Under the pieces are notes generated by a model that was given only the letters and a program-made list of their open reading frames with translations, made no database searches and was not told the origin of the DNA. Source: Deltaproteobacteria bacterium (lineage in GTDB: Bacteria > Myxococcota_A > Polyangia > Fen-1088). From it: a stretch of 64,000 nucleotides of DNA. A program made the translations under genes and the position numbers. Positions 54,672 through 64,000 of this stretch are shown piece by piece; position 1 is the first letter of the stretch, and every line of letters starts with the position of its first letter. The stretch is taken from NCBI GenBank assembly GCA_033763315.1, contig JANRKS010000002.1:416001-480000 (forward strand), written 5' to 3'.

Positions 54672-55355
54672 TTAGGGCGACTTCATCTTGTAGCCCACGT
54701 GCCTGACCGTTTCGATAAGGTCGGCTCCAGGTCCCAGCTTGGCGCGCAGGCGGCGAATGTGAATGTCAACGGTGCGCGTGTTGCCCGTATATCGGTAACC
54801 CCACACGCGTGACAGCAACTGTTCGCGCGTGAACACGCGCCCAGCGCCGGTGGCCAGGAACTTCAGCAGCTGGAATTCTTGCCGTGGCAGCTTCAAGGGG
54901 CGGCCGCGGTAACTGACCTCCACTGCAACCGTGTCGATCATCAGGTCACCCAACTTCACGCGGCCGGCGGCACGGAAGGACGACAAGCGCCAGTCGAGCT
55001 GCCTCACCCGGGCGTAAAGCTCAGGGCCTACGATGGGCGAAAGCACGAAATCGTCGATGCCGATTTCCGGATCCAGTCCCGGCAGGCGCGATACCTCAAT
55101 GCAAAGCAAAACGGGCACATCGGCAACGGCGCTGGTTTGGCGCACGTGTTTTACAGCGGCGCGGCCGATTTCGAGGTGCGCGCCCGCGTCGATGACCACC
55201 ACCGAGGGACGCACCTGCTCGATGTCGTCGGGGAGTTCGTCGAGATCGAACCCCACGGGCACCACGTCGCAACCTAACTCGCGCAAGGCAGCGGCCGGAG
55301 AGTTGTCTTCTTTGAAAGCATCAGAGGGCTTCGACGTAACAACGATGGCTCGCAT
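54672..55355 (-). CDS. Orphan atypical OmpR-family response regulator, GlnR-like
   Basis: Winged helix EFQLLKFLA..GRVFTREQLL..VWGY..TRTVDIHIRRLRAKLGP; receiver lacks the N-terminal acidic pair and conserved Lys; GIDD.. segment. Confidence 0.85.
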   Translation of the reverse strand: MRAIVVTSKPSDAFKEDNSPAAALRELGCDVVPVGFDLDELPDDIEQVRPSVVVIDAGAHLEIGRAAVKHVRQTSAVADVPVLLCIEVSRLPGLDPEIGIDDFVLSPIVGPELYARVRQLDWRLSSFRAAGRVKLGDLMIDTVAVEVSYRGRPLKLPRQEFQLLKFLATGAGRVFTREQLLSRVWGYRYTGNTRTVDIHIRRLRAKLGPGADLIETVRHVGYKMKSP

Positions 55356-55417
55356 GTCTGAAACATCGCAAAGTTTAATCCTAAATCAAGTGTAATTCCG
55401 CACCTTAAGGGACTTTT

Positions 55418-55438
55418 AATGTTTCGTAACGAAACATT
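55418..55438. promoter_or_regulatory. Perfect inverted repeat (candidate operator) between the regulator and gltB
   Basis: AATGTTTCG-TAA-CGAAACATT in an AT-rich divergent intergenic region. Confidence 0.6.
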
Positions 55439-55604
55439 GGTCAGAGCTGTAAACGGCGTGTTTCTGGGTTGTGTCCAAGCAGAAAAATTGTGTGCGGATG
55501 GGGTAACCCGATTTACAGGTGAGATTTGTGGGTGCTAGTTTGTCCAATTCCAACCACCCATGACATGGGCCGTCAAAAATCGGCGCCCGTCACCCTATAA
55601 ACAG

Positions 55605-58600
55605 ATGAACAGAATCCCCGAAAAGCAAGGTCTCTACGATCCCGCAAACGAGCATGACGCCTGTGGCGTTGGCTTCGTCGTAGACATGAATGGGCGCAAG
55701 TCCCACAAGATCGTCGAAAACGCTTGTGAGGTATTGAAAAATCTCGGTCACCGCGGCGCCTGTGGCTGCGAAGAAAACACCGGCGATGGCGCTGGGATCC
55801 TGTTGCAAGTTCCTGACAAGTTCCTGCGCGCGCAATGTCAGCTTGAGGGCATTGTCTTGCCGCCTGAAGGCAAGTACGGCGTGGGCATGGTGTTCTTGCC
55901 CACCGATGCGGCTGAGCGAGATCTTTGCGAACGCATGATCGAGCAGGCCGTTGGCACCGAACGCCAACCGTTCCTCGGCTGGCGCGTGGTGCCCACCGAC
56001 AACGTCATGATCGGGGATTCGGCAAAAGCCGCGGAACCTTCCATGCGGCAGTTTTTCGTGGGCCAAGGCTCCGATGTGCCGAACCAGGAAGCGTTCGAGC
56101 GCAAACTGTTCTTGATCCGTAAGACCGCGGAGAAGTTGGTGCGCGAAAGCCACCTGATCCACCGCGAGATCTTCTATGTCTGCAGCCTCTCTTCAAAGAC
56201 GCTGGTCTACAAAGGCATGCTCACCTCTGATCAGCTGCCACTTTACTTTCCGGATCTGGTTCACCCAGACATGGAAAGTGCGTTGGCCTTGGTTCACTCA
56301 CGCTTTTCCACCAATACGTTCCCCAGCTGGGCCCGCGCCCATCCTTACCGCGTGGTGGCGCACAACGGTGAAATCAACACCTTGCGCGGCAACGTGAACT
56401 GGATGCGCGCGCGCGAAAGCGTGCTTGAATCGCCGTTGTTTGGCGACGATGTGAACAAGCTTCATCCTGTCATCGACGAAAGCGGCAGCGACTCGGGCAT
56501 GCTCGACAACGCGCTTGAACTTTTGTGGATGGGCGGCCGCCCGCTCTCCCACGCCGTCATGATGATGGTGCCCGAGCCTTGGCGCGGCCACGACGCCATG
56601 CCGCAAGAGAAGAAGGATTTTTATCGCTTTCACAGCTGCATGATGGAGCCGTGGGATGGCCCGGCGGCGATCTGTTTCACCGATGGATCGATGATCGGTT
56701 CGGTGCTTGACCGCAACGGTTTGCGCCCCCTGCGTTACTACGTCACCAAAGACGGCTTGGTGGTGATGGCCTCTGAGGCGGGCGTGATTCCTGAAATCAA
56801 GCCTGAAGACGTGGTGCAAAAGGGCCGCATCCAGCCCGGCCGCATGTTCTTGGTGGACACCAAAGAACACCGGATCATTCCGGACGAAGAGATCAAGACG
56901 AAGTACGCCACCAAGCATCCCTACGGCAAGTGGATGGAAGAGAACTTGGTTGCGTTGTCGACGTTGCCCGCGGGCGCGCCGGCGATCGAACCAGACCACG
57001 AAACCGTGGAGCTGCGCCAAGAGGTTTTCGGGTACACCACCGAAAGCCTCAAGCTGATTTCGCCGATGGCGGAAACGGCGCAAGAAGCGATGGGCTCGAT
57101 GGGCACTGATACGCCTTTGGCGGTGCTCTCGAACAAGTCGCGTCCGCTTTACGATTACTTCAAGCAGTTGTTCGCGCAGGTCACCAACCCGCCGGTCGAT
57201 GCGATCCGTGAGGAAATCATCATGGACATCGGCACCTCCATTGGTGCTGAACGCAACCTGTTCGATCCACAACCTGAGTCGGCACGGCAAATCGAACTGA
57301 ACTCTGCGATCCTCTTAAACGAGGAGTTGGAGACCTTGCGCGCCCTCGATGGCGGTAAGCCGAGCCGCGGCTTCAAATCGACGACGCTGTCGATGGTGTT
57401 TCCGGTTAAAGGTGGCGGTAAGGCGCTCGAAAAGGCGCTCGACGTCTTGTGCCATCAGGCTGAAGTGGCCGTGGTCGAAGGCCACGACATCATCATCCTT
57501 TCGGACCGCAAGCATGATGGCAAGAACGCGCCCATTCCCGCTTTGTTGGCGGTGGGTGCGGTTCACCACCACTTGCTTCGCAAAGGCACGCGCACGCGCA
57601 CGTCACTGGTTGTGGAAAGCGGCGAGCCTCGCGAGGTTCACCACTTCTGCTTGCTGATCGGCTTTGGCGCCAGCGCCATCAATCCGTACCTGGCGTTCGA
57701 GTCGCTGCACGATATGGCACGCATCGGTCGATTGAAGACCGATCCACACAAGGCGGAAAAGAACCTTGTGAAGGCCGTCAACAAGGGCATCACAAAGGTG
57801 CTCTCGAAGATGGGCATCAGCACCGTGCAGAGCTACCACGGCGCGCAGGTGTTCGAGGCGATCGGCCTTTCATCCGACGTGATCGAAAAATACTTCGCAG
57901 GTACGGCTTCCCGCGTGGGCGGCATCGGCATCGATGTCATCGCCGAAGAAGTACGTCGTCGCCATGAGCGCGCCTTCGTTGAAGGACGCAAAGTGGTGCG
58001 CTTGGGCTTGGCTCCCGGCGGTGAATACCAGTGGCGCAAGGACGGTGAATACCACCTCACGAATCCACAAACGATTCACAAGCTGCAATACGCCGTGCGC
58101 ACGGGCAACTACCAGGCCTACAAAGAATACGCACAGCTCATCAACGACCAGACGCGAACCTTGGCCACGCTGCGTGGCTTGATGAAGTTCCGTTCGGGCC
58201 GCAAGTCCATTCCGATCGAGGAAGTGGAATCCGTTGAGTCGATCGTCAAGCGCTTCAAGACGGGCGCCATGTCGTACGGCTCGATCAGCAAAGAAGCGCA
58301 CGAGGCTTTGGCCATTGCGATGAACCGCTTGGGCGGCCGCAGCAACACAGGCGAGGGCGGCGAAGATGCCGAGCGCTTTGTGCCCATGGCCAACGGCGAT
58401 TCGAAGCGCAGCGCGATCAAGCAGGTGGCCTCGGGGCGCTTTGGCGTCACCAGCGATTACCTCACCAACTCCGACGAAATCCAAATCAAGATGGCCCAGG
58501 GTGCAAAGCCTGGCGAAGGCGGGCAGCTTCCTGGCACCAAGGTTTACCCTTGGATCGCGAAGGTGCGGCATTCCACGCCCGGCGTGGGCTTGATTTCACC

Positions 58601-60209
58601 TCCGCCTCACCACGACATCTATTCGATCGAAGATCTCGCGCAGCTGATTCACGATCTGAAGGCGGCCAACAACAAGGCGCGCATCAGCGTCAAGCTGGTG
58701 GCTGAAGTGGGCGTGGGCACGATTGCCGCCGGCGTGGCGAAGGCGAAAGCCGACGTTGTGTTGGTGAGCGGCTTCGATGGTGGCACGGGCGCTTCGCCTT
58801 TGACCAGCATCAAGCACGCGGGCGTTCCGTGGGAGCTGGGCTTGGCGGAGACGCACCAAACGTTGGTGCTCAACAACCTGCGCAGCCGCATCTACGTGGA
58901 GACGGATGGCCAGATGAAGACGGGCCGGGACGTGGTGATCGCCACCATGCTCGGCGCCGAAGAGTTTGGCTTCGCGACCACGCCACTGGTGGCCTTGGGT
59001 TGCATCATGATGCGCGTGTGTCACCTGAACACGTGTCCTGTGGGCGTGGCCACGCAAGATCCACAACTGCGGGCGCGCTTCGCTGGCGATCCCGAGCACG
59101 TCGTGAACTTCATGAAGTTCGTGGCGGCAGACACGCGCGAGCTTATGGCTGAACTTGGTTTCCGCACCATCGAAGAGATGGTGGGCCACACCGAGTGCCT
59201 AGAGATGCGTGAAGCCGTGGATCACTGGAAGGCGAAGGGTGTGGATCTTTCTGCGATCCTTCACCGCCCTGACGTCACGGGCAAAGTCGATCGTTTCCGC
59301 ACGATGCCGCAGGACCACGGCCTCGAGAGCGAGTTCGACGACACCACGCTGATTCCGGCCGTTCGCAAAACGCTGCAAACGGGTGAGAAGGTTAAGGTTG
59401 AGCTCGAAGTTCGCAACATCAACCGCACGATCGGCACCCGCTTGGGTTCAGAGATCACGCGTAAGTTCGGCGCCGAAGGGCTGCCTGAAGATACGGTGCA
59501 CGTGAAGTTGCGTGGCTCAGCTGGGCAAAGCTTCATGGCCTTCGTACCGAACGGCGTGACCTTCGAGATGGAAGGCGATGCCAACGACTACGTGGGCAAG
59601 GGCTTGTCGGGCGGCAAGGTGATCTTGTACCCGCCGCGCGAATCCAGCTTCGTTCCCGAAGAAAACGTCATCGTGGGCAACGTGGCCTTCTATGGCGCCA
59701 CCAAGGGTGAAGCCTACATTCGCGGCATGGCGGGCGAGCGCTTCTGCGTGCGCAACAGCGGCGTTAACGCCGTGGTGGAAGGCGTGGGCGATCACGGCTG
59801 CGAATACATGACCGGCGGACGCGTCGTGATTTTGGGCCCCACAGGGCGCAACTTCGCGGCAGGTATGTCGGGCGGCATCGCCTACATCCTGGATGAAGCG
59901 CGCACGTTCGAGAGCCGCTGCAACAAAGAAATGGTGGCCGTTGAACCTGTGACGAACGCGGAAGAATTGGAAGAGGTTCAACGCCTCATTTCAAAGCATC
60001 TGCAATACACGGGCAGCGAGCGCGCCAAAACCATCCTGACTGGTTGGCAAGAGTGGCGAAAGATGTTCGTGCGGGTCATTCCTCACGACTACCGACGCAT
60101 GCTTGAGGCTCAACAAGAGATGCTGCAAAAAGGCATGTCGCCGGCAGAGGCCGAGATGGCCGCGTTTGAAAAGAACGCGAATGACGGAGCCCGTGCCGCT
60201 GGCAAATAG
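55605..60209 (+). CDS. gltB: Glutamate synthase large subunit
   Basis: HDACGVGF (N-terminal nucleophile Cys), [55 protein letters not shown] 3Fe-4S; start 55560 or 55605. Confidence 0.98.
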   Translation: MNRIPEKQGLYDPANEHDACGVGFVVDMNGRKSHKIVENACEVLKNLGHRGACGCEENTGDGAGILLQVPDKFLRAQCQLEGIVLPPEGKYGVGMVFLPTDAAERDLCERMIEQAVGTERQPFLGWRVVPTDNVMIGDSAKAAEPSMRQFFVGQGSDVPNQEAFERKLFLIRKTAEKLVRESHLIHREIFYVCSLSSKTLVYKGMLTSDQLPLYFPDLVHPDMESALALVHSRFSTNTFPSWARAHPYRVVAHNGEINTLRGNVNWMRARESVLESPLFGDDVNKLHPVIDESGSDSGMLDNALELLWMGGRPLSHAVMMMVPEPWRGHDAMPQEKKDFYRFHSCMMEPWDGPAAICFTDGSMIGSVLDRNGLRPLRYYVTKDGLVVMASEAGVIPEIKPEDVVQKGRIQPGRMFLVDTKEHRIIPDEEIKTKYATKHPYGKWMEENLVALSTLPAGAPAIEPDHETVELRQEVFGYTTESLKLISPMAETAQEAMGSMGTDTPLAVLSNKSRPLYDYFKQLFAQVTNPPVDAIREEIIMDIGTSIGAERNLFDPQPESARQIELNSAILLNEELETLRALDGGKPSRGFKSTTLSMVFPVKGGGKALEKALDVLCHQAEVAVVEGHDIIILSDRKHDGKNAPIPALLAVGAVHHHLLRKGTRTRTSLVVESGEPREVHHFCLLIGFGASAINPYLAFESLHDMARIGRLKTDPHKAEKNLVKAVNKGITKVLSKMGISTVQSYHGAQVFEAIGLSSDVIEKYFAGTASRVGGIGIDVIAEEVRRRHERAFVEGRKVVRLGLAPGGEYQWRKDGEYHLTNPQTIHKLQYAVRTGNYQAYKEYAQLINDQTRTLATLRGLMKFRSGRKSIPIEEVESVESIVKRFKTGAMSYGSISKEAHEALAIAMNRLGGRSNTGEGGEDAERFVPMANGDSKRSAIKQVASGRFGVTSDYLTNSDEIQIKMAQGAKPGEGGQLPGTKVYPWIAKVRHSTPGVGLISPPPHHDIYSIEDLAQLIHDLKAANNKARISVKLVAEVGVGTIAAGVAKAKADVVLVSGFDGGTGASPLTSIKHAGVPWELGLAETHQTLVLNNLRSRIYVETDGQMKTGRDVVIATMLGAEEFGFATTPLVALGCIMMRVCHLNTCPVGVATQDPQLRARFAGDPEHVVNFMKFVAADTRELMAELGFRTIEEMVGHTECLEMREAVDHWKAKGVDLSAILHRPDVTGKVDRFRTMPQDHGLESEFDDTTLIPAVRKTLQTGEKVKVELEVRNINRTIGTRLGSEITRKFGAEGLPEDTVHVKLRGSAGQSFMAFVPNGVTFEMEGDANDYVGKGLSGGKVILYPPRESSFVPEENVIVGNVAFYGATKGEAYIRGMAGERFCVRNSGVNAVVEGVGDHGCEYMTGGRVVILGPTGRNFAAGMSGGIAYILDEARTFESRCNKEMVAVEPVTNAEELEEVQRLISKHLQYTGSERAKTILTGWQEWRKMFVRVIPHDYRRMLEAQQEMLQKGMSPAEAEMAAFEKNANDGARAAGK

Positions 60210-60274
60210 CCCTGTGTAAGCGATTCGATAACCACCCCCCCCAAGTCAATACAGGCCGAAGAGACAAAACGATC

Positions 60275-61759
60275 ATGGGCAAGCCAACAGGCTTTCTGGA
60301 ATACAAGCGACAGGCTCCAGCGTGGGACGATCCAAAGGGACGCGTCAAAGATTGGAACGAGTTTCACGAGCACCTGCCTGAAAAGGTGCTGCAAGAGCAG
60401 GGCGCGCGCTGCATGGATTGCGGCGTGCCGTTCTGTCACACGGGGCAGTTGTTGGCGGGGATGGCCACGGGCTGTCCACTCAACAATCTGATCCCCGAGT
60501 GGAACGACTTGGTTTACCGCGGCCAGTGGCGGGAAGCCTTGGATCGCTTGCACAAGACCAACAACTTTCCTGAATTTACCGGCCGCGTGTGCCCCGCTCC
60601 TTGCGAAGGCTCGTGCGTTTTGGGCATCAACGCCCCGCCGGTCACAATTAAGAGCATCGAGTGCTCGATTGTCGACCACGCGTTCGAGCACGGTTGGATC
60701 ACGGCGCAGCCGCCTGAAAACCGCTCGGGCAAGAAGGTGGCTGTGATCGGTTCGGGTCCTGCGGGCTTGGCGTGCGCGGCTGAACTGAACAAGGCCGGCC
60801 ACTTGGTGACGGTGTTCGAGCGGGCCGATCGCATCGGTGGCTTGCTCATGTACGGCATTCCCAACATGAAGTTGGACAAGCGCCTGGTTGAACGCCGGGT
60901 GAACCTACTCAAAGAGGAAGGTGTCACTTTCCTCACGAACACCAACGTCGGCCAGAATTACCCCACGGAGAAACTCAAGTCCGAGTTTGACGCTGTGGTT
61001 CTGTGTGGTGGTGCGACGCAGGCGCGTGATCTGCCGGTGGAAGGGCGCGAGCTCAAAGGCATTCACATGGCGATGGAGTTCTTGACGAAGAACACCAAGA
61101 GCCTGCTCGACAGCAAGCTGGCCGATGGCGAATACATCAGCGCCAAAGACAAACACGTCGTGGTCATCGGCGGTGGCGACACGGGCACCGACTGCGTGGG
61201 CACCTCTGTGCGCCACGGCGCCAAAGCGGTTGTTCAGCTCGAAATCATGTCGCGGCCTCCTGACGAACGCGCGAGCGACAACCCTTGGCCGCAGTGGCCC
61301 AAGGTCTACAAGATGGATTACGGCCAAGAAGAAGCGGCGGCCTTGTGGGGACAAGATCCGCGCCAATATGCCGTGAGCACGAAGAAGATCGTTGGCGACG
61401 AGAACGGCAACGTGAAAGAGCTGCACGTGGTTGGTTTGCGCCAGGTGCCGGCCGTGGGACGTCCCAAATTTGAGGAAATCCCCGGTTCCGAAAAGGTCAT
61501 CAAGGCCGACTTGATCTTGCTGGCTATGGGCTTCTTGGGCCCTGAGAAACCAGGCTTGCTCACCGAGTTGGGCGTTGAGCTGGACGAGCGCGGCAACGTG
61601 AAAGCCGGCGAGAATAACTACGCCACTTCGGTCGCGAACGTGTTTAGCGCGGGCGATATGCGCCGCGGCCAATCGCTTGTGGTGTGGGCCATCGCCGAGG
61701 GCCGTCAGGCCGCACGCGCGGTCGACAAGCACCTGATGGGCCAAACCGTTCTGGTTTGA
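60275..61759 (+). CDS. gltD: Glutamate synthase small subunit
   Basis: [60 protein letters not shown]. Confidence 0.98.
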   Translation: MGKPTGFLEYKRQAPAWDDPKGRVKDWNEFHEHLPEKVLQEQGARCMDCGVPFCHTGQLLAGMATGCPLNNLIPEWNDLVYRGQWREALDRLHKTNNFPEFTGRVCPAPCEGSCVLGINAPPVTIKSIECSIVDHAFEHGWITAQPPENRSGKKVAVIGSGPAGLACAAELNKAGHLVTVFERADRIGGLLMYGIPNMKLDKRLVERRVNLLKEEGVTFLTNTNVGQNYPTEKLKSEFDAVVLCGGATQARDLPVEGRELKGIHMAMEFLTKNTKSLLDSKLADGEYISAKDKHVVVIGGGDTGTDCVGTSVRHGAKAVVQLEIMSRPPDERASDNPWPQWPKVYKMDYGQEEAAALWGQDPRQYAVSTKKIVGDENGNVKELHVVGLRQVPAVGRPKFEEIPGSEKVIKADLILLAMGFLGPEKPGLLTELGVELDERGNVKAGENNYATSVANVFSAGDMRRGQSLVVWAIAEGRQAARAVDKHLMGQTVLV

Positions 61760-62977
61760 TCAAACCGCCACCGCCCCTGGGATGGGGCTCAAACTTCGGC
61801 GGGCCTGAATGTCCGCGTTGCTGGCTTTGTCCAACAACGCGGGCAGGCGCGTCTGCAGGTTGTGTTTGATCACAAAGTCATCTGAAAGGCTAACCCGCGG
61901 GCCGATGGCACCGAGGTCGCCTTGACCAATCACGTTCGCGAGGCCGCGGGCCAAATGCACGGCTGACGCGGGGCCAAACGTTTCCTCCTCGGGTGCGTAA
62001 AACGATTGGGCCACCGCTGACACGATCTGCGAAGGCAAGCCCCAAAACGATAACAGCTGTGCCCCCAGGCGTTCCGCCATGCCGGGGGGAACCTGGCTTG
62101 CGTCGCCAACCAAGCCCGGGTGCGCCGCCGCCATGGCGAACCATCCCACGCTGTGCAGAAGGCCTGCGCTGTAAGCCGCTTCGGCGGCCCGCGGATCTTT
62201 AAGTGTGGCTTTCGCTGTTTGTGCAACGACCAAGGCGTGGCGGGCGAGCGCATCGACATCCAAGGCCGCCCCCATGCCTCCATTCCTTGCTGGCGTCATT
62301 AAGGCCCCCCGGCGATGCAGATCCTGCAGGTATGAAGCGCCCAACAGGCTTGTGGCGCCGTCGACGTCGCTGATGCGGCTGCCACCGCCGAAGAACGACG
62401 CGTTCGCGATCTGCAGCACCTTGGCGCTGAGGCCTGGGTCGCGGCGGATGACCGTCGCGAGGTCGGCGCTGCGTGGGTGGGGCGATGCCAACATGCCATG
62501 CAACGCCACCAGGCTGGCCTGCGCGCTTGGCAACATCGCCAGACCACCGAGGCTGTCGGCCGTGGCGGCGTCCAACGTCGGATCCAGCCACGCGCTCACG
62601 CGGGCCAACAAGGCGCCCAGGTGGTGCAGCTCCACGGGCTTGCTTATGAATTGATGGCAGTGCGGAACTGCCAACAGCGCCGATTCCCACTGTGACTGTC
62701 CCGTCAAAAGCACACGCAGGGTGGCGGGCCAGCGCCGGTGCACCTCGGCCAAGAACGAGATCCCGTCGCGGTTCGGCATGCGCAAATCTGAGATCACAAT
62801 GTGAACTGGCATCGTCTCAAGTTGCGTGAGCGCTTCCGCGGCGCTGTTTGCGATGAGGGCGCCGCCCGCGCAGTGTTGCCCGAGGTAGCGTGCAACGGCA
62901 AAACTGATTTCGGGGACATCGTCGACGATCAGCGCGCGTAAGGGCGAGGCAGCCGGTGGTGTTGGATGGCTGTGCAT
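61760..62977 (-). CDS. Response regulator with HDOD output domain
   Basis: LIVDD, VISDLRMP..DG, LLTG, FISKP; HDOD DP.L.AKVLQIAN.SFFG, AGLLHSVG (HD changed to HS). Confidence 0.9.
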   Translation of the reverse strand: MHSHPTPPAASPLRALIVDDVPEISFAVARYLGQHCAGGALIANSAAEALTQLETMPVHIVISDLRMPNRDGISFLAEVHRRWPATLRVLLTGQSQWESALLAVPHCHQFISKPVELHHLGALLARVSAWLDPTLDAATADSLGGLAMLPSAQASLVALHGMLASPHPRSADLATVIRRDPGLSAKVLQIANASFFGGGSRISDVDGATSLLGASYLQDLHRRGALMTPARNGGMGAALDVDALARHALVVAQTAKATLKDPRAAEAAYSAGLLHSVGWFAMAAAHPGLVGDASQVPPGMAERLGAQLLSFWGLPSQIVSAVAQSFYAPEEETFGPASAVHLARGLANVIGQGDLGAIGPRVSLSDDFVIKHNLQTRLPALLDKASNADIQARRSLSPIPGAVAV

Positions 62978-62984
62978 ATGATGT

Positions 62985-63266
62985 CTAGAGGGCGCGGCGC
63001 CCTTCGGCACGAAGTTGCTGAGACAGCTGCTGCACGAGGGTGGCAGCGCGCCGCGCCTGGTTCACGATGTCGTTGACATCGCCAAACAGCGGAGACTGCG
63101 GGTTGACCTCGGCGCCCAGGAAACTGGAGGTTGTGAGCATAACCGTGAGCACGTTGTTCAGGTCGTGAATGAGACGCGACGCGCTGTCAGCGGCGACTCC
63201 GACGGCGCGAGGACCACGGCGCAGTGCGTTTGCGTCTGGCTCTGCGAAAGAATCTGGCAAATTCAT
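62985..63266 (-). CDS. Stand-alone HisKA (DHp) phosphoacceptor micro-protein
   Basis: 93 aa; H-box LIHDLNNVLTV...I...ARRAA.LV.QL; strong SD GGGGAGG before ATG; no HATPase domain. Confidence 0.72.
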   Translation of the reverse strand: MNLPDSFAEPDANALRRGPRAVGVAADSASRLIHDLNNVLTVMLTTSSFLGAEVNPQSPLFGDVNDIVNQARRAATLVQQLSQQLRAEGRRAL

Positions 63267-63313
63267 TGAACAACCTCCCCCGATGCTCAACCACATCGCT
63301 ACGAAGCATGCCT

Positions 63314-63330
63314 AGCAGGGGGCATGCCAA
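63314..63330 (-). promoter_or_regulatory. Putative sigma54 (-24/-12) promoter for the HisKA/HDOD operon
   Basis: Minus strand TTGGCATGCCCCCTGCT = GG-N10-GC, 48 nt upstream of ATG 63266. Confidence 0.65.
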
Positions 63331-63533
63331 CGGCTTAGGAGGGCTACGTGGGCCATAAGTAACTGATTTTACGTGGTCATGGCGTGACCTCGCGATAAAT
63401 CGGCTCACCAAATTCCGTTCACGTTGCACAGTTTCGAGTTTTCACTCTCGAACCGCCGTACTCGCGAATTTTAGCGACGACTCACGAAAAATCGTTGATA
63501 CTAGCGCGGAATTTCAAGCGCAAAGGGCGATCT

Positions 63534-64000
63534 GTGACGGACGAAGAGGCAACCCAGGTGGGCTCGATATTGGTGGTGGACGACGAGGTCGGCGCGCTGG
63601 ACGGCGTGCGCCTGAACTTGCGCGCGTCCGGCTTCGCAAACGTTGTTACGTGCAGCGATGGCCGCGAGGTGCCCCGCTTGCTTCGCGAGAACAACATCGA
63701 GCTCATGCTGCTTGACTTGTTGATGCCGCACATGCGTGGGGAAGTGGTTTTGGAACAGGCGCTGGCGTTGCAGCCGCAGCTGCCTGTGGTGGTGATGACG
63801 GCCGAGTATGACGTGCGCACAGCTGTGCGTTGCATGAAGCTCGGTGCCGCTGATTACCTGACCAAGCCAGTGGATTCCGAACTGCTTGTGGCCACCGTTG
63901 AGAAGGTGCTGGAGACCAGCGCGCTCAGGCAAGAAGCCGCGGCTTTGCGCAGCAGCTACTTCCAGCAGGAACTCAAGGATCCGAAGGCGTTCGAGTCCAT
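63534..64000 (+). CDS. Response regulator, probably NtrC-family sigma54 activator (truncated by window end)
   Basis: Hand translation: ILVVDDE, LLDLLMP, VVVMTA, AVRCMKLGAADYLTKP, then linker ..LKDPKAFES; AAA+ domain lies beyond the window. Confidence 0.85.
   Translation, partial: MTDEEATQVGSILVVDDEVGALDGVRLNLRASGFANVVTCSDGREVPRLLRENNIELMLLDLLMPHMRGEVVLEQALALQPQLPVVVMTAEYDVRTAVRCMKLGAADYLTKPVDSELLVATVEKVLETSALRQEAAALRSSYFQQELKDPKAFES

Noticed and set aside
55503-55516. NtcA box (GTA-N8-TAC) upstream of gltB
   Set aside because: The match is exact but short, NtcA is cyanobacterial, and no CRP-family gene is in the window; kept only as a generic dyad.
56298-61744. Many long antisense/alternate-frame ORFs (e.g. 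56298..57290, 60905..61744, 32956..34071, 14845..15759)
   Set aside because: Shadow ORFs expected in high-GC coding DNA; they overlap well-supported genes and show no recognisable motifs.
1-64000. Mobile elements, prophage, CRISPR-Cas, retron or other defence systems
   Set aside because: No transposase, integrase, phage structural, cas, reverse transcriptase or recognisable defence genes were seen; only a small Uma2 fragment.

Overview
A gene-dense, GC-rich chromosomal window that is almost certainly from a myxobacterium-like organism (Myxococcota). This is inferred from the Ser/Thr kinase-TPR-RCC1 module, FHA-sigma54 activator, TIGR02266-type PilZ protein, myxosortase-like protease and DUF1592/DUF1552 pairs. 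About 55 CDS are supported, including housekeeping genes (rsgA, pheA, gltB, gltD, TrmH methylase, NUDIX, rhodanese) and many exported or lipoprotein genes. I saw no rRNA, tRNA, CRISPR array, transposase or integrase. The most interesting observations are: (1) an operon of two hydrazine-synthase-alpha-like c-heme lipoproteins flanking a secreted CxxC HEAT-repeat protein; (2) a chorismate mutase-PDT-ACT-DAHP synthase fusion whose PDT and DAHPS domains have lost their catalytic residues, next to an intact pheA; (3) a lipoprotein with two truncated globins plus a DUF4394 domain behind an ECF-type promoter; (4) an actinobacterial-GlnR-like regulator divergent from gltBD, with a perfect palindrome between them; (5) a highly structured ~180-nt intergenic candidate RNA; (6) a stand-alone HisKA micro-protein plus REC-HDOD gene behind a sigma54 promoter. 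All family calls come from motif recognition by eye; no searches were run, and several start codons are my estimates.
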